DNA of 64,000 bases from Antedon mediterranea (taxonomy: Eukaryota; Animalia; Echinodermata): the NCBI RefSeq assembly GCF_964355755.1, contig NC_092677.1, forward strand, positions 18,932,101 through 18,996,100, written 5' to 3'. The first letter of the stretch is position 1. Every line of letters begins with the position of its first letter. The position numbers and the translations under genes were made by a program. The notes below the pieces were generated by a model, which saw only the letters and a list, made by a program, of their open reading frames with translations, was not told the origin of the DNA and did no database searches. This document shows, in pieces, positions 24,282 through 36,545 of this stretch.

Positions 24282-25808
24282 CAGCCGCGTAACAAGGGGG
24301 TCTTGTCAGGGGGGGCAAAGAGGGAAAAATCCTTCCAGACACCAAGTACTTGAGCCACAGCCCCCCCATGGTGGGGGCTGTGGCGAAGCGAATTTTGGTA
24401 AATGACACCCCTAGATCGTCGGAAATGGTACTCTCGCACATAAAATTCATGATAAATGGCGCCTAGCTAGTAGTAGTTGGCCTGGAAATAACACTCCCAT
24501 TTATTGCACAGAAGCAAAATGATCGTACATTTTCCACCGTTAAAAACTCAGGTGACATAACATTTGAACATGTGAAAACCCAATCTAACATTGGATCCGC
24601 ACCTGGCAAAGGTAGTAATTTTTCCGGTTAGAAGACTGAAACAGGGCCGTAACCAGGTTTGACGGCGGGGTGGATCGTTAAATTGTTTAGTGGAACCATA
24701 CCCTCGAATTATTTTTTCTCTATAGGCCTATGTATGGCCGCAAATCGCATTTCCGGCTAAACTCTTTTGTTTATGAACTATATAATTTGGTGAAATTTCC
24801 AGCCCACGAATTTCAATTGCCGACCTTAAATTGTCAGAGGAAGGCATTCTCTTGCCGACCGAAACTAGGCTAGATCCCTCCTCCCTTTAAGCCTCCTAAC
24901 AACAACATGGTACATTAAGGGATCGTATCATTGAGACTTTAACAGGCATATTCACCATCATGTGGTGTTTAGGTAACAAACCATGGAATTAAGGTGATCC
25001 CTGAATTCACTCAACCATTGCATCTTGCACTTGCGTGAGCTGCATGCTTTCTCTCTATACTATCAAGCAGCTGGCTGGGCACGTCACACGCACGCAGAGA
25101 CCTGTGTAGGGGAATACCCTTTTATGTCAAGCAAACAACTATGCTCTGTGCCACGATGTTCAGCAGTTATCAAATAGAATTTATCTTGTAAATTTAGTGT
25201 TAGGTTTTTATATTTTAGTTAAAATATACTTTATATTCTTATGTCGATTTATATTAATTAAATTTATTAAGGCTTGACTAGACCTGTAGTAAACAATCGT
25301 AGTGTTGTGTTAGTATGCCTGTGAAAGATTGAGTATTGGAGTGACAGCCAGCCACGAAAGTACGTTCATTTTGCTGATCGCTAGCGCGTTACATACGATT
25401 AGTAGGAGTGTATTTTTTTAAGGTGGCCTCACACGCACAGCACAGCGTCACAATTGTGTATGAGATGCCCGCGATGGCGGCTTAGATAAAAGACGCCAAA
25501 AACCAGTCAACTGACCGCATGTTAATGTACTGATAAGCAGTGCGTCTTCCCACGAGTTGTCAGTCAGGATTTTGTGTATTTCATATCATCTTACTTGAAT
25601 ATCATACTGTACTGTTGTGACTCATTTGAAGCCATATCATATATCGTATATTTTATTCTTATCTTATATTTTCTTTCTTCTATCCCTTCTTTGTATTTTA
25701 TTTTTTTTACTTGTTACCCAGCCCGATCGAACGCTTCTCAACCCGGTAAAATCCGCCAGGGGGGTATTCCGCCCCCCTGCCCCCCCCCCCCCGCCTGTTA
25801 CGCCACTG
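24282..25808. mobile_element. non-autonomous hAT transposon inserted in the 32-bp satellite
   Basis: TIRs CAGCCGCGTAAC / GTTACGCCACTG; perfect 8-bp TSD GTCTAGGG (24274-24281, 25809-25816); G/C-run subterminal sequences; no coding capacity. Confidence 0.88.
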
Positions 25809-27641
25809 GTCTAGGGGTGTCTGCTGGAACTAAGGAAGTGTCCTAGGGGTGTCTGCTGTAACTAAGGAAGTGTCCTAGGGGTGTCTGCTGGAACTAAGGA
25901 AGTGTCCTAGGGGTGTCTGCTGTAACTAAGGAAATGTCCTAGGGGTGTCTGCTGGAACTAAGGAAGTGTCTAGGGGTGTCTGCTGGAACTAAGGAAGTGT
26001 CCTAGGGGTGTCTGCTGTAACTAAGGAAATGTCCTAGGGGTGTCTGCTGGAACTAAGAAAGTGTCCTAGGGGTGTCTGCTGGAACTAAGGAAGTGTCCTA
26101 GGGGTGTCTGCTGGAACTAAGGAAGTGTCCTAGGGGTGTCTGCTGGAACTAAGGAAGTGTCTAGGGGTGTCTGCTGTAAGTAAGGAAATGTCCTAGGGGT
26201 GTCTGCTGGAACTAAGGAAGTGTCCTAGGGGTGTCTGCTGGAACTAAGGAAGTGTCCTAGGGGTGTCTGCTGGAACTAAGGAAGTGTCTAGGGGTGTCTG
26301 CTGGAACTAAGGAAGTGTCCTAGGGGTGTCTGCTGTAACTAAGGAAATGTCCTAGGGGTGTCTGCTGGAACTAAGAAAGTGTCCTAGGGGTGTCTGCTGG
26401 AACTAAGGAAGTGTCCTAGGGGTGTCTGCTGGAACTAAGGAAGTGTCCTAGGGGTGTCTGCTGGAACTAAGGAAGTGTCTAGGGGTGTCTGCTGTAAGTA
26501 AGGAAATGTCCTAGGGGTGTCTGCTGGAACTAAGGAAGTGTCCTAGGGGTGTCTGCTGTAACTAAGGAAGTGTCCTAGGGGTGTCTGCTGTAACTAAGGA
26601 AGTGTCCTAGGGGTGTCTGCTGGAACTAAGGAAGTGTCCTAGGGGTGTCTGCTGGAACTAAGGAAGTGTCCTAGGGACGGTCTGCTGGAACTAAGGAAGT
26701 GTCCTAGGGGTGTCTGCTGTAACTTAGGAAGTGTCCTAGGAGTGTCTGCTGTAACTAAGGAAGTGTCCTAGGGGTGTCTGCTGGAACTAAGGAAGTGTCC
26801 TAGGGGTGTCTGCTGTAACTAAGGAAGTGTCCTAGGGGTGTCTGCTGGAACTAAGGAAGTGTCCTAGGGGTGTCTGCTGTAACTAAGGAAGTGTCCTAGG
26901 GGTGTCTGCTGGAACTAAGGAAGTGTCCTAGGGGTGTCTGCTGGAACTAAGGAAGTGTCCTAGGGGTGTCTGCTGTAACTAAGGAAGTGTCCTAGGGGTG
27001 TCTGCTGGAACTAAGGAAGTGTCCTAGGGGTGTCTACTGGAACTAAGGAAGTGTCCTAGGGGTGTCTGCTGTAACTTAGGAAGTGTCCTAGGGGTGTCTG
27101 CTGGAACTAAGGAAGTGTCCTAGGGGTGTCTGCTGGAACTAAGGAAGTGTCCTAGGGGTGTCTGCTGTAACTAAGGAAATGTCCTAGGGGTGTCTGCTGG
27201 AACTAAGGAAGTGTCTAGGGGTGTCTGCTGGAACTAAGGAAGTGTCCTAGGGGTGTCTGCTGTAACTAAGGAAATGTCCTAGGGGTGTCTGCTGGAACTA
27301 AGAAAGTGTCCTAGGGGTGTCTGCTGGAACTAAGGAAGTGTCCTAGGGGTGTCTGCTGGAACTAAGGAAGTGTCCTAGGGGTGTCTGCTGGAACTAAGGA
27401 AGTGTCTAGGGGTGTCTGCTGTAAGTAAGGAAATGTCCTAGGGGTGTCTGCTGGAACTAAGGAAGTGTCCTAGGGGTGTCTGCTGTAACTAAGGAAGTGT
27501 CCTAGGGGTGTCTGCTGGACCTAAGGAAGTGTCCTAGGGGTGTCTGCTGGAACTAAGGAAGTGTCCTAGGGGTGTCTGCTGTAACTAAGGAAGTGTCCTA
27601 GGGGTGTCTGCTGGAACTAAGGAAGTGTCCTAGGGGTGTTT
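25809..27641. repeat. 32-bp minisatellite, right block
   Basis: Same unit resumes in register after the hAT insertion. Confidence 0.97.
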
Positions 27642-29234
27642 CCTGTATTTGGGTCACCGTAATTTTATAGTGTCCAAAAGGACGCCTCATGGATGGGGTT
27701 GAGTTTTTATCGGTGATAAGATGAACTTGAAGCCTTCTACAGTAATCTGGTTTTCAGCTCCAGCGTTCATCAGATATCTGTATATTATTTGACGATGTTA
27801 GAAGTATTGTTTGTGCTGAACAAATACGTTTATCATGGAGCTATACAATTTTATAGCTCCATGCCTTTAATCAGTTTTAACAACCAGAACAAAATGTACA
27901 TATTTTAAATATTTGTCTAATCCCATCTCCTAGTAGTATGTATAAGCCTTGGTTGACAATGTACCATAATCCAACTAAACTTTTTAATTTTGATTATGTC
28001 TATATCTACAAATTAAATATTGAACACAAAACTAAGAAAAATATTTGGATATATTTTGTATCTTTATTCCACATATATACTCTATTCATAATATTTACAG
28101 AAATTGTCAAAAAAACAATGGGAAAAAACAGGGAAAATTCCTTTTCCCAAATTAGTTTTTCTTGTTAACACAAATCACAATCAAATACGAAATATTGTCT
28201 TAAACAATTCCGTGTTTTAATTAGTATGTGGAATAAATCTGTCATTGATTGATGTCTTTGAAAATGAGCAAATACTTATTAAACAATATACCTTATTATT
28301 ATTGAATGTTCATTAAATTTATTATAATTACATTACTATTTATTTTATTCCTACCCATAAACAATACTAACAATATACCAAACAAATAATTATGTTTAAA
28401 ATAATACAATTAATTATAACTTTGTTATACTTAATTATAAATGAGATATCTGGGTAGAAGGTGATTGAGTCAACTGGACACATTTAGGCTGCTGCTGTCC
28501 ACAAATTATAAACGTACTATAACTAAATAATATAATAACTATTCTTAATATTAAAAGGAATTATTGAAGTAGCATAAGATTTGACCTGTTTTTTTTGGTG
28601 TCCCTGGGTAAGGATAACGGTTAGAACGCTGCATACAGGAATAGTGGTACATATTGAAAGTCATGTTTTCACTTACTTAATGTCACTACAGAATTACATA
28701 CATATATGTCTTACTAGAAAATATTCCTTTATGATTGTTTCAAATGAAAACATCCTATTTTATACATATTATGGCTTCTATATTGGAATGATACTTAAAG
28801 TGATATCGAGTTGTCTACATCATAGTACATCTATCACTTTTGCAATACTGCACAAACACAAACTATACATACATTCATATTTACCTCTCATTCAGAATAT
28901 ATTCTAATAAATTATCTATCTAGCCAATATAATTTGTAGGATTTCTATACAGTTTCTGATCAAATTTATCCAAAATTGTATTATAGAAAGATGCATTATG
29001 AATGCTCATAAACATGCTCATCATTTATTTGGGTTCATTTACTAGAGCGAGTCAACCCATGGTTTAACCAACCCAGGGCCAGCCCAATAAGTGCAAGTGG
29101 GAGGTTAGACGTGGTTTCCATGAAATCATACAGGGAATATCAGGTTTTACAAACATAATTGTAATAACATTTACTTTCCAACAACGATTGGCCTTCATAA
29201 TATTACCATTATTATTATTATTTTATACCAATGA

Positions 29235-30090
29235 CAATAGAGAGAAATGGCGAACCGGCGTCTAAAATCCGAGTGGGTATAAAATCATAACAAACCGTTG
29301 AGGGCGGCACATTTCCTATGTTTATACACGGGAATATGGCGTCGTCTAACCAATGTTGTTGCTGTAACGCTCATAATTCTTGTTATGTATAAAAGTCATC
29401 CATCATTCACAATCATATTCCTAAAAATATCTCATATCTGTAGGTCTACATTAGACTAGGCCTATAATATTATAGTAGAATGGTGTTATCAAGTATTCAT
29501 TACTGGCGATAGCCCCCTGCAGGAAGGAAGCATCACTAGCCACATAACAAAATGGCAGTTGTCAAGCTGAAACTAATGCTAGGCCTACATCTACTAGAGA
29601 TGCTCTATTTAGTCTTACTACCTAGCTAGGAGAGGCTTAGCAGCACCCTAGCTAAAGTAGTAGTAGTAGTAGTACAGTATGCAATAACGAATTTCCAATA
29701 TTATTATTATTATGATTATTATTATTATTATTATAATAACCGATAATCCGTGCTAGGCTCGAGTACTCGAGGTACTACAGCATATACAGGCCAACTATCT
29801 AGGGCCTAGAGCTGGGTACAGTATATAACAAAAACGCGTCTTAATTCAATCCAAATTAAAATAAAATATGTTAAGATTTGCCCATATAACATTAAAATCG
29901 TTAAGGGGTTGCAAAAAAAAAAAGATACTGCTATTATGTGTGTTTTAAACGTTCTTTTCTACCTACTTTTTTAACTCAACCCATCGGAATTTCCCATACA
30001 AAAACATGTGGCGAAATGGTTTGTTTACAATCTATACCCACTCGGTGAAATTTGAGTGACGTCATCGCGGTTCGCCATTTCTCTCTATTG
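29235..30090. mobile_element. TIR MITE just downstream of the ATP6V0D1 stop codon
   Basis: CAATAGAGAGAAATGGCGAACCG ... CGGTTCGCCATTTCTCTCTATTG, plus subterminal CCGAGTGGGTATA / TATACCCACTCGG. Confidence 0.78.
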
Positions 30091-30219
30091 TGAACCTGGA
30101 AGAACAAAATAAGAGGAATAATTAGCATATTGATCCCATACATTTCATGGAAACCAGTCATGCAGAACATTTAGATTTTAAAGATGAGTGATGATTAGTG
30201 AAATGTGTGGTCAACACAA

Positions 30220-30381
30220 TCACATTATTGGTATATAATTGTCAATCTTTCCTCGTTGGCGTTGGGCAACACATTCTCCAATCCAAACTACATTGCGACA
30301 CTCTTGTTCTTTTAACTTAAGGTAGGCATAGAAGACGCCATAATGAAACTGCTGGATGAAAGCTAGCACATTCAGTTTAAC
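30220..30381 (-). CDS. ATP6V0D1: V-ATPase subunit d, last coding exon
   Basis: CAG|GTTAAA acceptor; [53 protein letters not shown]. The seven exons sum to 1053 nt = 350 aa + stop. Confidence 0.96.
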   Translation of the reverse strand, partial: VKLNVLAFIQQFHYGVFYAYLKLKEQECRNVVWIGECVAQRQRGKIDNYIPIM

Positions 30382-30554
30382 CTGAAAAATTTAAAAACCC
30401 TAAATGTTAATCACACAATATTATAATGTATATCAATCAAAATGAAAATAAGAAAACTTATTATAGCATTGCAAACTGTCTGTCAGATGTCAGCCTGTAC
30501 TGTCATATTTTTGTCTCTGAGGAAACAAAATCTATATGTATATTATATGCAAAT

Positions 30555-33291
30555 AAAAAAAACACATACCTCATGTTCAAAAAACACATACCTCATGTTA
30601 AAAAAACACATACCTCATGTTAAAAAAACACATACCTCATGTTAAAAAAACACATACCTCATGTTTAAAAAACACATACCTCATGTTTAAAAAACACATA
30701 CCTCATGTTAAAAAAACACATACCTCATGTTTAAAACACACATACCTCATGTTTAAAACACACATACCTCATGTTTAAAACACACATACCTCATGTTAAA
30801 AAAACACATACCTCATGTTTAAAACACACATACCTCATGTTTAAAACACACATACCTCATGTTTAAAACACACATACCTCATGTTAAAAAAACACACATA
30901 CCTCATGTTTAAAACACACATACCTCATGTTAAAAAAACACATACCTCATGTTAAAAAAACACATACCTCATGTTAAAAAAACACATACCTCATGTTTAA
31001 AACACACATACCTCATGTTTAAAACACACATACCTCATGTTTAAAACACACATACCTCATGTTTAAAACACACATACCTCATGTTTAAAACACACATACC
31101 TCATGTTTAAAACACACATACCTCATGTTAAAAAAACACATACCTCATGTTAAAAAAACACCTACCTCATGTTCAAAAAACACATACCTCATGTTCAAAA
31201 AACACATACCTCATGTTCAAAAAACACATACCTCATGTTAAAAAAACACATACCTCATGTTAAAAAAACACATACCTCATGTTAAAATAACACATACCTC
31301 ATGTTTAAAAAACACATACCTCATGTTTAAAAAACACATACCTCATGTTTAAAAAACACATACCTCATGATAAAAAACCCATACCTCATGATAAAAAAAC
31401 CCATACCTCATGTTAAAAAAACACATACCTCATGTTAAAAAAACACATACCTCATGTTTAAAAAACACATACCTCATGTTTAAAAAACACATACCTCATG
31501 TTAAAAAAACACATACCTCATATTAAAAAAACACATACCTCATGATAAAAAAACACATACCTCATGTTTAAAAAACACATACCTCATGTTAAAAAAACAC
31601 ATACCTCATGATAAAAAAACACATACCTCATGTTTAAAAAACACATACCTCATGTTAAAAAAACACATACCTCATGTTTAAAAAACACATACCTCATGTT
31701 AAAAAACCACATACCTCATGTTTAAAAAACACATACCTCATGTTTAAAACACACATACCTCATGATAAAAAAAACACATACCTCATGTTAAAAAAACACA
31801 TACCTCATGTTCAAAACACACATACCTCATGTTCAAAACACACATACCTCATGTTAAAATAACACATACCTCATGTTAAAATAACACATACCTCATGTTA
31901 AAATAACACATACCTCATGTTTAAAAAACACATACCTCATGTTTAAAAAACACATACCTCATGTTTAAAAAACACATACCTCATGTTTAAAACACACATA
32001 CCTCATGTTCAAAAAACACATACCTCATGTTTAAAACACACATACCTCATGTTTAAAACACACATACCTCATGATAAAAAACCCATACCTCATGATAAAA
32101 AAACCCATACCTCATGTTAAAAAAACACATACCTCATGTTTAAAAAACACATACCTCATGATAAAAAAACACATACCTCATGTTTAAAACACACATACCT
32201 CATGTTAAAAAAACACATACCTCATGTTTAAAACACACATACCTCATGTTTAAAAAACACATACCTCATGTTTAAAAAACACATACCTCATGTTTAAAAC
32301 ACACATACCTCATGTTAAAAAAACACATACCTCATGTTTAAAAAACACATACCTCATGTTAAAAACACACATACCTCATGATAAAAAACCACATACCTCA
32401 TGTTAAAAACACACATACCTCATGTTAAAAAAACACATACCTCATGTTAAAAAAACACATACCTCATGTTAAAAACACACATACCTCATGTTTAAAAAAC
32501 ACATACCTCATGTTAAAAACACACATACCTCATGTTTAAAAAACACATACCTCATGTTCAAAACACACATACCTCATGTTAAAAAAACACATACCTCATG
32601 TTAAAATAACACATACCTCATGTTAAAAACACACATACCTCATGTTAAAAACACACATACCTCATGTTTAAAACACACATACCTCATGTTAAAAACACAC
32701 ATACCTCATGTTTAAAACACACATACCTCATGTTTAAAAAACACATACCTCATGTTAAAAAAACACATACCTCATGTTTAAAAAACACATACCTCATGTT
32801 AAAAACACACATACCTCATGTTTAAAAAACACATACCTCATGTTAAAAACACACATACCTCATGTTTAAAAAACACATACCTCATGTTCAAAACACACAT
32901 ACCTCATGTTAAAAAAACACATACCTCATGTTAAAATAACACATACCTCATGTTAAAAACACACATACCTCATGTTAAAAACACACATACCTCATGTTTA
33001 AAACACACATACCTCATGTTAAAAACACACATACCTCATGTTTAAAACACACATACCTCATGTTTAAAAAACACATACCTCATGTTAAAAAAACACATAC
33101 CTCATGTTTAAAAAACACATACCTCATGTTAAAAACACACATACCTCATGTTCAAAAAACACATACCTCATGTTAAAAACACACATACCTCATGTTAAAA
33201 GAACACATACCTCATGTTAAAATAACACATACCTCATGATAAAAAACCACATACCTCATATTAAAAGAACACATACCTCATGTTCAAAAAA
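30555..33291. repeat. 22-bp minisatellite (~124 copies) in the last ATP6V0D1 intron
   Basis: Unit ACATACCTCATGTTAAAAAAAC; sense strand TTTTTTTAACATGAG|GTATGTG, i.e. exon 6 end plus donor. Confidence 0.97.
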
Positions 33292-33354
33292 TTTGTCCTC
33301 TAACGTTTTATCACCAGGGTTGGTTCCAGCACCCTCAAACAAAGCTTTATATTC
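33277..33354 (-). CDS. ATP6V0D1: V-ATPase subunit d, coding exon 6
   Basis: [26 protein letters not shown]; TAG acceptor; donor GAG|GTATGT, which is also the first unit of the 22-bp array; 78 nt. Confidence 0.95.
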
Positions 33355-33482
33355 CTATACAAAAATAAGTGATAATATAACTTAAATCTACTTGACAAAC
33401 CATTGTATAATATTGGTAGGAGGAAGAGATCAAAGAATAAAATCAAACCAAGCTGAGGATATTGTTTTGTTGGAACACTTAC

Positions 33483-33659
33483 AGCATAGTAGTCTGCAAC
33501 GGCCCTCACTTGCTCATAGTCGTCACACTTGGCCAAAGCAGCAAGACCATCTGGGGCTAGCTGACCACAGCTGGGGTAAAGCCGGGCACGGTCCTCTTTC
33601 GTCAACTCTGTTCCAAATGAGTTGATTGTAATGATAAAGGCTCTCCTATCTGCTTCAAA
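33483..33659 (-). CDS. ATP6V0D1: V-ATPase subunit d, coding exon 5
   Basis: [59 protein letters not shown]; TAG acceptor, GTAAGT donor; 177 nt. Confidence 0.96.
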
Positions 33660-33895
33660 CTAAAGAAAACAATTTATAACTACTGACTATTTTAATGTGA
33701 TAATTTTATTTATGCAGACCCGCCATTTATTGTATGCTCACTGCGTTTAATCATAACGGGTACTTAACAGACCACGCCATGATGGCCCAAAAAGAATGAT
33801 TATACTTTATTTTCATACGCTCTTTTAAATTCTATTTCTTATCTTGTTCTTTCTTATAACTAGCATGTGTCTTCATTATGTGATGACTTACTTAC

Positions 33896-34053
33896 CCCCA
33901 ATATTTTACACATGACATCAGCAGTCGTTCCGCCAAGGGATTGACAGAATTTGTAGAAAGATTCCAAGTAAGCTTTATAAAGTGTGTTCCTAATGATCTC
34001 AATATTCATCTCATCTAGATCTTGTTCAGATATACATTCTTGAAAGAATGGTG
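33896..34053 (-). CDS. ATP6V0D1: V-ATPase subunit d, coding exon 4
   Basis: [53 protein letters not shown]; TAG acceptor, GTAAGT donor; 158 nt. Confidence 0.96.
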
Positions 34054-34787
34054 CTAGCAAAAATAGCAAACAGTTTATTTAAAGACATCATTTGATAATC
34101 AGTTGTTTATAATTTTTTAAAAACCTAGACAGGTTTATTTACCTATTCTGCTATAAAAACCAGTAGACCTTTTATTGCAGAAGTTGAACCAAGTTATATT
34201 ACATAGTAATCTGACTGACTCTTAATTATGTGTAATTGCCTATCCATTTATATAAAGAATAGGATTTATTGGGTAACTTTAACTATTACTCCACTGATTT
34301 CCTGGAACATTAAAAAAAAGGCAGACGAAAAAATATGAAACTACTGTATTATTGGAATGTATGATCAATAGAAGTGAGCTAAAGTAAAAAGGGAAATATC
34401 TCACTGACTTAAGTGGCATTGGTGATTACGGCCACTGGTTCTCGTAAAGGAAACAATGGAACTTAAAGAAAAAAAAATGGAAACATCTATAAAGTCTGTT
34501 TTCCAGTTGACATTGAGTTGCGTTGAGTTTTCAAATCGTTAAAATTGAGAATAAATAACAACAATGATGATGTATATTTACACATTTTTTCGTGATTGTT
34601 TTTTGGTTCTATTGAGTATTGCTGGGACATTTTGTTTCTATTTTGTTCAACAATTTGTAAACCATTTGATTGGTCAGTTTTAACAATACTATCTTATCTT
34701 ATTGTAGAGCAAGTAAAAACTACAAAACAAGAGCGACCTAGGCCACTATGACTCAGTGAAATAAATGTTTTAACCTAACATATAGGC

Positions 34788-35032
34788 TTAAAGATATATT
34801 GTCTCCCTGAAAAGATTTTTTTGTAAATGTTTTATTTGAATATGCCGTTTGAATGTCAGATAGTTATTCACTTGACCAACAAATTATTTACCGAAAAAAC
34901 TGTAATTCCAACCAAAAAAATTGTCAAATTGACTGGAAGTGAATGGGTTTTTTTGTTGATTTTTTTTTTTTATACGAAGTGATTAACTTTATTATTAATC
35001 TTCATTTTTCATGTTTTTTTGGGGACAATATC
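34788..35032. mobile_element. short MITE with the same AGATRTATTGTC TIR
   Basis: TTAAAGATATATTGTCTCCCTGAAAA ... TTTTCATGTTTTTTGGGGACAATA; near-duplicate at 42574-42810. Confidence 0.65.
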
Positions 35033-35042
35033 ACATACATAC

Positions 35043-35221
35043 CAAGTGGTGTATCAACAATAATAGCATTGAAGAGCTCCGCTGGAGTGCTTGCAATGTT
35101 TACTGCTTCCATTTGCTCAAAGCTTCCTAAAGGATGACACTTGGAGATCAGTTCTGAAATGGATCGTTGATGAAGAGTTCCAGTGATTAGCAGAATGATG
35201 TTGTCAATCATATAACTATAC
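35043..35221 (-). CDS. ATP6V0D1: V-ATPase subunit d, coding exon 3
   Basis: [40 protein letters not shown]...VDTPL; CAG acceptor, G|GTATGT donor; 179 nt. Confidence 0.96.
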
Positions 35222-35409
35222 CTGTTTAAAGTTAAACACAAAAAAATAAAAATTACTTTCAGTCACATAAAAGGTAAGTGTGAGTCCTGTATTCCTTCTG
35301 GACATAAGGAATGAGCTGTGAGCTGTTTGGAGTGCATTGTACTAAGCAGTTTTGGGCCTTATTGAGATCAAAGGGGTCCTTAATTGGAATATATGATATG
35401 TAAACTTAC

Positions 35410-35581
35410 GTAATGTAATCCAGAAACGTGGATAGAGGTGCCACAGCCTGATTCCGGATGTGTTGGAATTCAATCACCAACTTCTCCTTCAGTTTATCAT
35501 CAATCACAGATACGTTTAATGGAGAAGGTTCGTTTGCCAAGAAATTTCCATAATCTGTACTCTGAAGGTGCAACTTCAAAT
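35410..35581 (-). CDS. ATP6V0D1: V-ATPase subunit d, coding exon 2
   Basis: AG|ATTTGAAG acceptor; [22 protein letters not shown]...FLDYIT; donor AC|GTAAGT; 172 nt, phases consistent with neighbouring exons. Confidence 0.96.
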
Positions 35582-36418
35582 CTAATTTTAAACATGTAAT
35601 TATAAGTATTGCTCCGAACAACACTACAGTATCAGCAGTAACACTAACAGCATTTTTATTGATACTACGGTATATTGAAATAAAACATGTTTTTCACCAA
35701 TGTGCTATTTATTATTTTCCGAGTGAAACTAGCCTATCTACTAATCTGTTTTCTTTGTAATTTCTTTCTGTTTTTTCTCCCAGCGCTTTAGGACAATCTT
35801 TTGATTGTAAAAGCACTTTATAAATCGAACAACATTACATTACATACAACAATGACAAGTGCATGTAAGCCGATTTATAGTAAACTTATTTAAAAATATT
35901 TTAGAACAGAACATACATATTCAACAATATTTAACAATATTTACAATTCTGGGAGCCGAAATGATGAATGTAGGACCAGTTTTTCCATCTTGGTGACCTG
36001 AATTTGACCGTTCCCTAGCCTGGTAAACCCCTAGCCTCCTAGCTAGGCTAGTAGTAAGTAGGCCTACTGTAGTAGTAGTAAGTAACAGCCGAAATTATCA
36101 GACACCGGTGTCACTGTCAGGTGAAGGTGGTAGGCCTAGCTAGGTCAGCCTTCCCTCTCTCTGTCTGAGTGAGTCTAGCCTAGCTACTAGCTAGGGCCTT
36201 AGACTTAATGCCTCCAGGCCCTAGTAGTAGGGGCCTAAGTAGTAGTAGTGAGTAGGCCTAGTAGGCCTAGTAGTAGTAAGAGGCGTATTAATATTAGGCT
36301 AGGCCTAGGCTAGACTAGCTAAGGCCTAGGCCCTAGCTAGCCTAGCTAGTAGGCCTACCGGCCTAGGCTAGGCCTAGAGATAGTGTAGGCTAGAGATTGC
36401 GTTTTTTTTTTTACTCAC

Positions 36419-36545
36419 CCTCTAGAATTTCACATTGTACAAGATTTAGATAGTCCGTTTGCTTCAAGATTCCGCCTTTGAAGCCCCGAATTAAACCTTC
36501 TAAATATCCATCATTTATATTGAAAGTAATTTCAGGCATATACAT
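36419..36545 (-). CDS. ATP6V0D1: V-type proton ATPase subunit d, coding exon 1
   Basis: ATG at 36545; [42 protein letters not shown] matches the subunit d N-terminus; phase-1 donor G|GTGAGT at 36419/36418. Confidence 0.95.

Noticed and set aside
31674-33176. KHIPHV/THTSC repeat ORFs on the plus strand
   Set aside because: Translations of the 22-bp satellite, antisense to the ATP6V0D1 intron.
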